A stretch of DNA of 64,000 nt from Chrysomallon squamiferum (lineage: Eukaryota > Animalia > Mollusca), in contig CM022670.1 in the NCBI GenBank assembly GCA_012295275.1, forward strand, positions 13,702,001 through 13,766,000, in the 5' to 3' direction. Below the pieces are notes generated by a model. That model had not been told where the DNA came from. It was given only the letters and a program-made list of their open reading frames with translations, and ran no database searches. Position numbers and translations under genes: made by a program. Below are positions 41,115-55,260 of this stretch, in pieces; within the stretch, counting starts at the first letter, position 1; each line of letters opens with the position of its first letter.

Positions 41115-42955
41115 ATGCAGTCTAATGATGGAAAACCATGGAAACCTTATCTTAGTAAAAATGATGTTGAGTGGCTGGCTGAGCTCAGCCAAGCACAAAG
41201 TACATCAACAGTGGAGGAGATGCTGGACGATGGGGAAACACTGTTGTGTACACTTTACAGTGAGATTGACAGAATGCTGTTTTCTAATGGCAAAGTAAGA
41301 TAAAATGTTTTAAATTATTTTACTTATTTATTTCTATACGATTTATTTAGCAATGAAAGTATCATTGTATCTGTTATTTAGAAAAATTATATTAAAGTGA
41401 ACCAGTGGTGATGTTGGTAAATGTTTTTATTTACTTACAAGTAACAGTTTTACTTGTCCCTAAACACCAGCCTTTGCTGATCATAAAGTATAACAAAATG
41501 ATAAGTATGCATTAAGGTCACTTTCACACACACACACACAGGGTGTTTATTGTCATAATTTTTATTGGCAAAGAATCATTAACAGATAAAAAGTTCACTT
41601 GTCTGTTCACAGCAATGGATATAATGACATGAAGAAGGATGGTAAAGTGACCTCATATATATATGTGTGTATGAGTGTGTGGCTGTCTGTGTGTGTGTGT
41701 GTGTACACACACTCATTTAAATCAGAGAGGTAGTTCAGATTAATATATTACAGTTTAAATCAGATAATTTAGATTTAATGTTCTGATTAAACAAGACACA
41801 TCAATTGTGTTTGAATTTGTAGGCTGATCACCTTGAACAGGTAACTCTTCAACGAGAGCCCTTCAGCCATTTTAATACCATTAGAGTGGAAAATAAAGAT
41901 GGAAAAATTGTGGGATATATTGAGAGAAGTATGACTGAGCCACTGGCTGAAATCATGGACAAGCAGTTGGCTAGAATTGAAGCGTACGTATATTACGATA
42001 ATATTTCGAGGCTGGATTTATTACTGCAAGATGTTAACCAACAAAAATGTTTCCTTTTTTATTTTAGGATTCCATTGTTATTATTATAATTGTGTTGTTA
42101 TTAATATTTGTAACTGCTATAGCATAATTGTAATTCATTTTGAGAAATTTAAATCTAAAAAAAACAAAAAACAATAAAAAATATATATATATTTTTGTAA
42201 ATTTATTATAGAATATGCTTTCTGGAATTTCTGTATGTTTTTATTCTTTAAAACAGAAAAGACCAGGTAGGAGACCGAGGTAGTCCTTATTATCAAGTGT
42301 TGTAGTGAATTAGAATGTGTGATAAAAGTGTTGCACATATCTTGTAAAGGTGATTAGATGCCAGGGCTGAATAATTTGGAAAGTTGCTTGTCCTACAGCA
42401 AAATTTAGCCTCCCAAAATTTAAAGAGTTGTTTTGAGTAAAAATCAATGTATCATGACTGAAAACAAGGTTCATTAAGTCTAGGCAAATGTAAGACAACA
42501 AAAACAGCAATAAAAAAGAAAAAGAACACTGATAAAACTGTATGTAATAAACAGTTAGTTGCTCTGTTGTAATAATCATTTGGTGTAATTAACATACATA
42601 AATTATGAGAAGACAGTCAGATCACAATGTGAGCAGTGCTTGATCACAACCAGTGAAATAACACAGCCCTCAGAATGTAAGTATGTGTCTATTTTCAAAA
42701 CTGTAGTCCTACAAAAACAGTTAATTGAATCTATATTTAAACACATACAGACACAAATGTTTTCATCAGTGTTGTATTTTCATTTTTCAGTATAGTTCAA
42801 CAAGACCTATATACATTTGGGGTTAAACTGGAAATCTGGTGCAAGCTAAAAAACTATCAACATGTTTCATTTATTCTTCAAAATCTCTCATTTACAAGAA
42901 ATGATTTATCAAAAGAGGTATATGTTTAATGTATCTCTTTGTAAAGAGTACACAC

Positions 42956-43009
<54 letters not shown>

Positions 43010-43333
43010 TTTTTGATGATTATATAATAATAAAAACATTCTCTCATGTTTAATATATTCAAAAATCATAATTGTGTACATGTACACAGACATAAATAAA
43101 ATTTTATTTTCATATACATATATCATTTCTTTATTCATCTATTCAGGTGGACAGATTATTTGAATCTTTACCTGAGGGTGACAAAACATCAATGGCAGAG
43201 GCAGCACCAGTCAGTATTGACTAAATTTTGTTATACTTCATATTTAAATAATTGTTTACTTATATATTTTGTCTAAATTACTAATTAATTATATCTAAAT
43301 TAACTCTGACAGGTACATGTGTACATATATATG

Positions 43334-43371
<38 letters not shown>

Positions 43372-46300
43372 GAATATATATATATATGTATGTATATATC
43401 TATATATATATATCTTATTTTTACTCTCACTCTGCTTTATTTATATGTATGCTGGCACACTGATATAAATTTAAGAAAATTTAATTAATTATATGTAAAT
43501 AAATTCTGACAAATACATATCATATTTGGATGTGTGTGTGTGTGTGTGTGTCACTTTTACTCTCACTTTGTCCTTATTTATGTAATCTTCAACTATATGT
43601 TGATGATGCCACATAGCTATAAATTAAAAAAAATATGTTCAGTGTCTTTAAATAAAACATTTTTCTTTTTTATAATTTGTTCTTACACTTCCTATATTCT
43701 AAATACTTCATTCATTCTTCCAAGTGATTGTATAATTTGAAATCTAGTCTAACCTTTGCTAATAATAAAGACTGACAATAACATGGCTTACTCAAGTAAA
43801 TACTGAACTGATTATTGTTTTTCCTATGTATATATTTAAGTTTTGAAATTCAGTTTCTACTTTTCATTTCCTTTTACATAGATCATGGCCATACATTTTA
43901 GGTTTTATTCTTGTCAAATTCTTCCGTTATTGAAGTTAATCCACTTGTTAAAATGGCATCTAAAGTTTTCCATAATGGTGAAAGACACCAAGACTAAGTT
44001 TTACCCCATCATTTTGGTTACAAGATTTTGAAAGTATTGTGTTTATTTTGCAGGCTGTGAAAACAGCACTGTATCCTCACCAGAAACAAGCTTTGCACTG
44101 GATGATTTCACGTGAAAATGATAACATCCTGCCACCATTTTGGGAAGAACAGAGTAATGGGACTTACTACAACACAGTGGATAAATCAACAGTCAAAAAA
44201 AGGCCAAAAAGCATCAAAGGAGGTAGATTAAAATATTCCTTAGTTAGTGTCCCCATAGATATATGTGCATTTTAACAAGAAACAAAACATTCACTCTTAA
44301 GAACACAAGATATATGTACATTATTTATTATACATTGGTGAACTTAAAATAAAAAGTGTGAAGTAAGAATATCGGATTCAATTGTAGGTCTTCTAGCTGA
44401 TGACATGGGTTTGGGCAAGACACTGACGACGATTGCCTTGATTCTGACAAACTCTGCTGACAAAAAGCCACTGGTGGAACTAAACTCAAGCTGTCAAATG
44501 CTGCCAGTTCAAATAAAAGAAGAAGTAAGTATAGAAGATTATTCCACATTAATTTGGAACCCAGTACTGGGGAATCTGGGGACAGATGAGCCATTTTTAA
44601 AATATTTGGTCATTTTGCCCAAACCTTGTTAGCTGTTGACTGAAAAACTGTTGATACTTAAGGAGGCATACTGTTCTCGACTACAATTATCATTGTGGGA
44701 GACACTTATGTAATTGGACTTCATATTCCCTATTGTCATCATTTGGTTGTGTGATTATACCTGTCTAGTGAACATTGCTCTTCATTAGCTCTGCTGAGAA
44801 GAGATCTCTGTATGTCTTCCATTCTTTTTATACCAGATACAGCACTCTGGTCTATCCAGGAGAATAGTACTACCAGTAATTAATTATCTATCAAATAACA
44901 TTGATTTTATTGCTATATTTAGTTTATGGGGTCACTTGAAGGTTCCTATAGCTCATTGGTCCCCAGTCTCCCCTACATAACAGAGGGAAATAAAAACAAC
45001 AACATTTAGAAAAGAAAGACTTGTTTTCTTTACTGCTGAACAGAAAAAAATGCTAGGAAGTTCACAGAATTATTTTGCAGATAAGTGGTTATAATGATAA
45101 AATTAAATGCACTTCCAGGATTCTGCTTAGCATCTATAGTTGATGTAAATTCGCTTTTCTGAGGTGAGAGAAGTTTTACAAAAAACATGAAAAGTTATAT
45201 TGGTTGATGGTAAATGCATTTTTGTTTTTTAAATGATAAATCAGGGGATATTTTAATCTCTACCTAACCATACAAAAGTGATTAAATATTCACTGCTAAT
45301 TTGTTATTAAGAAAAAGTGTAAACCTCTGAAGTGATACAATATCTCTCCTTTTGTTAAACTTATATAAACAAAACAGAAACAATAATGAAAATAAATAAC
45401 TGCACCTTAGCTTTACTAATAATAAAGTATGACATTAATATAACAAACTCATTAAGAAGCATGGGAACCAATTTTTTTCCCATCATTTAAATATGCAACA
45501 TTTTCTAAAATCTTATATAGAAATAAAAAAAAGTATTCTAGAGAATTAGAAAAAGCACCACTATAAGTAATTTATTCATTTTGTTTTTTTTATCTTCTTT
45601 GTAAATAAAATATCATCAGTCTACTTTTAGCATTTTACAGTTGTTCTGTCTATGTCATTAATCATTTTACAGCCAGTGTAATCATTATTTAAATTAATTT
45701 TCAGAATCTTTTGGATTTTGCTGAATATGTTGGTAACATGAAAATGGTTAATAATTTATCAGATGTTGACCCACATCCCTCAACAAGCAAGACAAATGAA
45801 GATTGTGAAGCAACTGAAATATCAGATTCTTTCCAAGAAGATGGTGGGTAGAATATACTTTTTATTTAAGCAACTGTAAAATTGAAAATTAAAATTCAGT
45901 AATGTTATAAATGATTACAAAAATAGGTTACCATGGAAATTAATCTAAAACATACTGCTATATTTACATGAGCATTTAAAAGTAATACTTAACGTGGTAA
46001 ACTATCCATAAACAGTTGTTTCAAAAACAGAATCAGAGTTTGTTTTTATTTTCTGTTCTCTGCATTTGGATGTATCCAAAAAGATATTTTTTAAATCTGA
46101 ATTTACTTTGTTTTTTTAGATGAAGATATTGATAACAGAGATAAAAATGAACAAGATGATGTGCCCAGCACTCCAAAAATATTTTCATTGACAGCAAAGT
46201 AAATTTTCTTCTTCTTGTTTTTCTTTTTTTATAATTTTAACAATACAAACCAGTATGATTTCATGAAGCATAAGTCATCAGCATATCACAAATTTTCAAT

Positions 46301-49300
46301 GTCAGCAATCCATTGCTCACAATATATAGTGAGTGACCAAACATTTTGTAATTCTACTTTGATTAATGTTTTTTATGTATTTAAAAAAAAATATATATAT
46401 ATATAATTAGATTCTTAAAAAATGAACTCTGATTATATGGTTGGCCACACTTTATTTCAGTTATTGTATCTTTGCAAGCATTGTATAATCAAAATGAAAG
46501 TTTTGTATAATTAAATAATTATATATTACACAATATATAATGCATTAGTCCATAGAACAGATGAATCAGGGTTAGTTTTGTATTATTTAGTTGTTGTCTG
46601 GTTTCAGTTTCATTGTTGTCAGGTTGCCTGTTTGTCTGAGGTTGATGGAGAATTCTCTGGTTAAACAGTAAGCTAGTTGTCTGATTAGTTGGTTGGCCAT
46701 TTGTTTAGTAAGTATCTTTAGTATTTGTCTCCTTAGTGGTTGTCTGGCTTTCTGTTTAGTTGTTGTCTGGCTTTCTGTTTAGTTGTTGTCTGGTTTTCTG
46801 CTTAGTTGTTGTCTGGCTTTCTTCTTAGTTGTTGTCTGGTTATTTACTTAGTGCTTGTCTGGCTTTCTGCCTACTGTTTGGCTGGTTTTTATGGTTGCAT
46901 CACTGGCTTGAGTCTACATCTTCAGTTGATGTTAATATATATTTCAATTAGTTGAAATTACTATGATAAATGTTTTATTAACATTGGTATGGAAATTTAG
47001 CAGTATTTTAACATAATAATTTGATGTCGCAGATCAAACAGAAAACATAGGTTGTCCAGAATCACTGACTCAGATGATACAGATGGTGATACAGATGATG
47101 ATACTTCTAGGAAGAAAAGTGAGTGACAGCTCTGATAATATTGAGAATATTTAGTATATCTTTATGTAACACATGTAGCAGATGTTGAAGAAAACTAGCT
47201 AGTTAGTTGTTCTTTATGAATCATAGAAAATGAATAGAAATAAAACATGGATTCAAGGGTTTTTTTTAACAATTGAGTCTGGCATTTTCAGTATATAAAG
47301 CCTGTATGAAAATGTTAAAACATGTTTATATTTTATGTGAATATATAGATGACAGAGATATGTATGTAAATATGTATATAAGCACATACACACACACACA
47401 CACACACACAGACAGACACACACACTAACTCCCATCCCCATACATGCATGCATTACAACTTATTTAAATACAAACGCAAACACATATTCATCAGATATAT
47501 ATGCACACATCTTTTAATTTAGCATAATTCTAGAGAATATTATTTAAAAGAAAAGTGATTAGGTTTTCATTTTTTTAACTGTGAATTTAGCTATGAAAAC
47601 TATTAAGTCTGTTAGCCCCGCTAAACTGAATATGTTATTATTGTTATTATTAATAATAGTAGTAGTAGTATTTTGGCTTTTATTTTCATTTTTTAATTTA
47701 TTATTTTAATAGATCGTTTTCAAAACTCCTTCACCAGAGGAAAAGGTAAAAAGAAAAGAGTCTGCATAAATCTTTTTCCAGAAAAATCAGAAGTAAGATT
47801 TTAAACTTTAACTGAGAGATATAAGAATGGCTGAATGTATAATGTGAAAAAATATTTTATATTTAAAGCAGCTTATTTTTAATAACAGTTCCATTTTAAA
47901 TACACTGGTTATTAGGAAGCAAATATTTTAATTAACAACACACTCAACACTTATTGGTGCTGATGTGGCAGTGGAGTGCTCAGATAAAAATAGAGGAAAA
48001 CAGCAAGGAATCTTTTGCTTGTGCATTATATTACATGATTTTTTAAACAGTTTCAATTTTAACAAATCATTATTTTAAATTTCAATTTTTTATGTCTAAT
48101 GTATTTCAGAGCAGGCCGTGTAAGAGAGATAGTAAAGATTCTGATTATCTCCCTTCTGCTAGCAATTCACCAATCTCAAACCAAATATGTGACAGTGACA
48201 GCTGCAGTAAGTAACTGACAAAGAGAAAACAAATTAAAAATAAGCATTAAGAAAGGGAACACACACACACACACACACACACACAATGCTATTTACCCCT
48301 GTCTACAAGAGATACTAATCAGAAAGTATAATTTATTTTATATTCCAATTATTTATACATTCATTAAAAATAAAATAAAAGTATGTTAAGTAAATATTAA
48401 ATATTTATCATACATCTCAAACTGCTCATCTTAATATATTTAGGTGATGATTATATTCCCTATTTTATCCCAGTGGAAAATGATGATTTATCATCACCTG
48501 AACCAGCAAGAAATGGTGATTTACCATCACTGGAACCAGTGAAAGATTATGATGAACTTATGTCAAATGAAGAAGATGCAGTGACATGTAGTGAAGGTAG
48601 ATAGTAACTGGACATTAGATATTTATTTTTGTCTTAATTTCTCTTTGAATATTTCCTCTAACCCTGATAAAATAACAATACAGTATTACATTCTTTATAA
48701 TTTACACATTAGTTAATCAGTAGAATGTTTTTAGATTATTAAGACTTAAAAAATAATAGTTTTCATCAAGATTTTAGGTTTTTTTAAACCGTGAATTTAA
48801 CTGAAAAATAAATGTTAAATCTGTTAATCCCACTAAACTGAATATATTATTATTGTTATTATTAATAGAAAGTAGTGGTAGCAATAGTAGTAGCAGTACT
48901 AGTATTTTTGTTTTTACTTTTATTTCTATTTTTATTATTTTAATAGTTCATTTTCATAAAACCCCAACATGTGGGGTGAATGTGAAAATAAAGTTATCTG
49001 CAGAAAACAATCTCCAGAAAAATCAAAAGTAAGATTTTTCAACTTTATCTAAAATATCAAAATGGCTGAATATGTAATGCAAAAGGTTATTTTTTGTTTT
49101 TGTTTAAAGCAAACAGTTTTTAATAACATTTCCGTTTTATTATCACTGGTTGTTAGGAATCAAATATTTTAATTAACAACACACTCAACACTTATTTGTA
49201 CTGATGTGGCACTGCTCAGATAAAAACAGAGGAAACTTGCTGTTTCCACTTATCAGACTACTCTTTCTGATAGCAAGCAGCAAGATCTTTTTTATTTGTA

Positions 49301-52300
49301 CACAATATTAGATGCCAAATCCTTTCTTGTACCAGTTTGTGAGACACTGTCTGGCATGAGATTCAGTCCAAAATGTCCTCCAAGAGGAATTAATGATACA
49401 ATTTTGAACAAATGCTGCATCACTAGGTTAATAGAGGTTTTAAAATTTTCTTCATTAATGATGATGTCGAATGAACAAAGACTACAGTTATTACATGGAC
49501 TCACCAGCTAGCAACTAGAGATCGTTTTATATATTCCTTGTTATGGACAGATGAATGTACACCTTAGCTGTGCAGAGCTGGTTGTTATGGCAAATAGCCA
49601 GATGGCAGACAGAAGATGATAGAACTTGGAACCTGTCATATCTCCTCAACTCATTATTTATAATAAAACAGATTCCATTTAACTTAATATTAAAAATAAA
49701 GGTGTCAATAAGCAAAACATTATTTTATAGAAGCAAGCACATCTTTCCCTATAATATAGCAGGTAATTTTTTTTATGGAGTGGTTTTCTTTCTATCTATA
49801 AACTGTAAACAGTTTTCCCAAAAGTGTTTCTTGTTTTGCCATTCTTTAAGTTTAAATGCAATCTTTAATTTTAATGATTGGTAACATATTTGTAATAAAT
49901 CATAAAAGTGTGTTTTGATGTTAAAGTTAAATTTTTCATGTCTAATGTATTTCAGATGTCATGTAAAAGAGGTGGTGAAGATTCTGATTATCTCCCTTCT
50001 AACAGCAATTCACTGTTGTCAAACCAAACATCTGTTAGTGACAGCTGTGGTAAGTTAATGACAAAGACAAAACATAAATTAAAAATAAGCATTAAGAAAG
50101 GACACACATGCACGCACGTACACACACACACACACACACACAATGATATTTAGATCTGTTATCTTTATGAGATACTAATCAAAATCTGTAATTTAACTTA
50201 TTTTCCATTGTTTATATATTCATTTGTTTTTAAAAAATATAGAAAAAAGGAAATATTAAATTTGATATCAGCATCCCAAACACATACACACAGACACAAT
50301 AATATTATAGACCTGTTTATCTATATGGGATACTAATCAGAAATTATAATTTATATTAATTTCCAATTATTTATGTAGTTATTTTAAAAAACAACAATAA
50401 CAACAAAAATAAGGTATATTGAATAAATATTAAATTGTTCATTTCAATATATTTACGTGATGTTCATATTTCCTGTCTGGCTTCAGTGGATAATAATGAT
50501 TTACTTGAACCAGAAGAAAATGATGAGTTTGCATCACTCAAAACTAAAGAAAATGAAGATTTACCATCACTTGAACAAAGCGAAAGTGATTTATCATTAT
50601 TTGAACCAAACGAAAGTGATTTACTATCACTTGAATCAAACAAAAGTGATTTATCATCACTTGAACCAAACAAAAGTGATTTATCATCATTTGAACTAAA
50701 AGAAAGTGATTTATCATCATTTGAACTAAAAGAAAGTGATTTATCATCACCTGAACCAAAAGAAAGTGATTTATCATCATTTGAACCAGTAAGAAATAGT
50801 GATTTACCATCAATGGAACCAGCAAGAAATGGAAATGATGATTCACCATCACTGGAACCAGCAAGAAATGGAAATGGTGATTCACCATCACTGGAACCAG
50901 CAAGAAATGGTGATTCACCATCACTGGAACCAGCAAGAAATGGTGATTCACCATCACTGGAAACAGCAAGAAATGGAAATGATGATTCACCATCACTGGA
51001 ACCAGCAAGAAATGGAAATGGTGATTCACCATCACTGGAACCAGCAAGAAATGGTGATTCACCATCACTGGAATCAGCAAGAAATGGTGATTTACCATCA
51101 CTGGAACCAGCAAGAAATGGTGATTTACCAGCACTTGAACCAGTGAAAGATTATGATGAACTTCTGTCAAATGAAGAAGATGCAGTGACATACAGTGAAA
51201 GTAGGTAGTAACTGGACATTAGATATTTATTTTTGTCTTAATTTCTCTTTGAATATTTCCTCTAACCCTGATAACATAACAATACAATATTAAATTCTTT
51301 AGAACTTACATGTTAGTTAATTAGTAGAATTTTTGGGGATTATTAAGACTTAAAAAATAATAGTTTTCATCAAGTTTTTAGGGTTTTTTAAATTGTGAAT
51401 TTAACTGTGAAAAATAAATGTTAAATCTGTTAATGCCACTTAACTGAATATATTATTATTATTATTATTACTTCCTCTAACCCTGATAAAATAACAATAC
51501 AGTATTACATTTCTTTAGAACATACATATAATTAATCAATAGAATTATTTATTTATTTATTTATTTATTGTCATTTCATTCACTTTTATCCTAACTTTCT
51601 TACTATTACTACTACTAGTAAAGCTACTACTACTAAAACTACTACTACTGCTATAGCTACTAACTACTACTACTACTGCTGCTGCTACTACCACCATTAC
51701 TACTATTACTAATACCTCTACCAATATCACTACAAAAAAAATACTATTAATGTTAATTACTTTATTTATTTTTATAATAATTTATTTATTCTTCATTACT
51801 AACTTTTATGGATTTCATTTTTTATTTCATATTGTATTTGCTTGGAATGTAGCAGAAGATGAATTTGATTCCTTGAGAGCAAATGCAACTCTTATAATTT
51901 GTCCACTTTCTGTGATGGATATCTGGAAGGTGATGTAATAGCTCCTTTAATTAAGTTTCACTTTACATTTCTAGCATTTCTCTAGTCAAAGATGTGATTT
52001 AGATACAGCACTTTGATGATTAAGTCAAGGATTAAGTCACAAAACCAGCACTGAAAAAAATATCATGCAGTTACAATTGTGTTTGTATTTTGTTTTTTTG
52101 TTTTTTTACCTGGAATAGTTTACAGTAATTAGACCTTTATATTTCAATCAGCTTACAATAAATTTATTACTAATACAGCCTGTTGTGCTTGCTGTGTATC
52201 TCTGTGTTTGGTGATATGTAAATTTTGTCATTGAGATCATATGTCATCATTGTCCTAAAAAAAAACTGAACATCATAAATATCATACAATGCATTGTATT

Positions 52301-55224
52301 GAAATAATTTATCTTTTCTATCTTTTTTTTTTTTTTTTTTTTTTTTTATTATTAATTGTTTTGATTGACTGAGACAGTTGGACAACCCTGTTTTGATAGT
52401 TTAGAAATTTGTTCTTTTAACAGATGGAGATAGAGGAACATGTTCATCCTGATGTCCATCTTAATGTTTACACATACCATGGATCAAAGCGTTTGAGTGA
52501 AATTCTTAAATACTGTGATATAGTTTTTACAACATATGATATGGTGGCATCTGATTACAAGAGAAGAAGTGTATGGGACTTTTTTTTTTGTCATATCTCT
52601 GATAATATTTCATTATTTATATTTTGTTTTGATTTTTGTTTCTTTATTTATTTATTTATTAGTTTGTTTGTATTTTTGTTTTATTTTTGTTTATTTATTT
52701 GTTTGTCTGTTTCTTTATTTATTGAAAATGACATGTTCAAAATATATAAGCACTAGTTTTGCATATATTAAATTTTATTTTATGTGTTATTTACTTACCT
52801 ATTCAATATATTAAACTATATGTAATCCTTGTTTTCCCATGAAGCCTAAAACAAAGCTAAGATGTCAGACATATATCTAACTACATGTACATGTCTAAAC
52901 TCTAAGCATACAGTATTTACATATAAAACTAAACATGACACATACCAAACTTAAAAACTGGGTTTGTTCTCATACATCATAGCAGCAGCTGCAAAGAAGC
53001 CCAAATGGCAATGTCCATGAAAGTGTGAGATGGCAATAGTTCATTGTCACAAAGTTTTATCTGGAGAGATTGTCTGCAGTTACCTTTGCATTACTAATAA
53101 GCAACAGACATCTTTGAATATAGTGCAGTAGGTCAGTACAGGAAAATTGTACCTGGCATCAGTCATATCACATACACACACACACATTCACAGAAGAATG
53201 ATTATCCTAATCAATAAAATGTTTTTGTTTTTATAGCAGAAAACTCATACAATTCTAGACGTCCCTTGGCTGCGTATTATTCTTGATGAAGGTCACTTGA
53301 TTAGAAACTCCAGGACTCTGAAGGCAAAGGCAGTTAAAGAGCTGAAAGCAGAGAGAAAGTGGATTCTGACAGGTACCAGCAATAAATCCTTTGATTTATA
53401 TACCTTAATAATAGATTAATGAACAAATGAATAAACTAATCAAATGAAAAACATTTTATTGTTATTACTAACACTTGGCACCAAAAATTGTGGTTATTGT
53501 AAAGAAAGATTGAAAAAAACTGAAATGCTGTCTACATTCAATGGATTACTCCAACTGACTAGCTGTCTGTTGTAAGATTATAACATAAAATCACTAATAT
53601 ATTCTGTTTTATTTATATAAACAAAACATGGGGTTAGGACTCAGGACCTGTTTGAAGATACAGTGTGTTCTAGGTAACACTGAGACGTGACAAATAAATG
53701 AATATCAAATAAATAGATAGTGGCACTGAAAACACTTCAAATTTGAAAGTTATTATATGTCTGACATAATCATAACAATGATGAATATGAACACAGATGC
53801 ACACATATGCATAGACACATAAACAGAACCACAAGCACACACTCACAACTGAATATCATACACACACACATAACTGTTTTTATTTTAAGTAGTGTTGTGC
53901 TTTTTTTCTATCCAGGCACACCCATTCAGAACTCCATTCATGACTTGGGATCTCTTGTGAGTTTTCTAAACATTCCACACTTGACAAATTCTGTGTTGTG
54001 GAGAGATGCTATAGCGACACCAATTGAAAGGGGAGACACATCTGCACTTAAGTAAGTGACCATCCAGTACACTAACTATTCCAGTGAAACAAGAAGGGAT
54101 GTTCGATTAAATGACAGTTTCTTTTTTATCTTATTGTAAAGTCAACACAGATAACGAAAGAGGAATTCTGCCTCTTCAGAATATTTCATAATTTGATATG
54201 TGCTCTGAAACTTGTAAATATTGTGGAATTTTATTCCTGGTATTTGTAATTTACTGAAATACCAAATATTTTATAAAAATGTTTCTAATATCAATCTGTT
54301 ATATTTTCAGTAACAAAATTTATGTTTCAAATTTAAAATATATATATTTTTTTAAAACATTTTATCAATATTTATTTTGGAAGTACTATTATTATTATTA
54401 TTTTATTTTATGTTTATAGATGCATACATATATATGCTTTATTTTGAAGTGTTGTTATTATTTTTAAAGTTATGATGAAATTGTTTGTCTGTCTGTCCTC
54501 TATAGACATGTACAACACTTACTGGCCAACATAGCAATGAGAAGAACAAAAAATCAGAAGGTGGATGGCAAACCACTGGTTCAGCTTCCTAACAAGACAG
54601 AAATCACAGAAAGAATAAAGTTCTCAGAAGAGGAGAAAAATATCTATGATCGCATATTCACAGAAGGAAGAGAGATGATCAGACAGTTTAGTAATGTGTA
54701 ATATAAAACAAAAGATAAAATAAGTTCTGAAAACCTATTTAAATGTTATTTCTATTAGCAGATTTAATTTTTACTAATTTAAAATTTTTAAACTTGTATG
54801 TTTATGATCTTAGTTACTTTGTTAGCATAAACTATGAATTATTTTCTGTTTTCATAAGTGTACATTTTATCTTTTCTTTTTTTTTCTTCTTTTTTTTAAA
54901 GGCATTTTGAAGACAACACTGTGCTGTCTAACTTTGCTGACATCTTTTATGTCCTACTGCACCTTCGTCAAATCTGTTGTCACATTTGGCTGAATGCTGA
55001 ACTGAAACATTTAACACAAGGTAAAAAGTACAGTATGTACCAGGTACCAAGACAGACATGTAAAAAAGTGGTTGTTTGTTACTGGTCATTCTTTTTTAAA
55101 TGCTCTGCAAGGATTGCTCACCCCAAAAGTTTTTATATGTCTAAATTATTAATGCCATTATACGTATACAGATACATATGCCTGTTTGTTTCAGTGTATT
55201 TGTGTGTGTGTGTTTGTGTGTGCA

Positions 55225-55260
<36 letters not shown>

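Noticed and set aside
50544-51191. 215-aa minus-strand ORF and His-rich alternate-frame ORFs
   Set aside because: Shadow frames of the coding tandem repeat; splice phase supports only the acidic frame.
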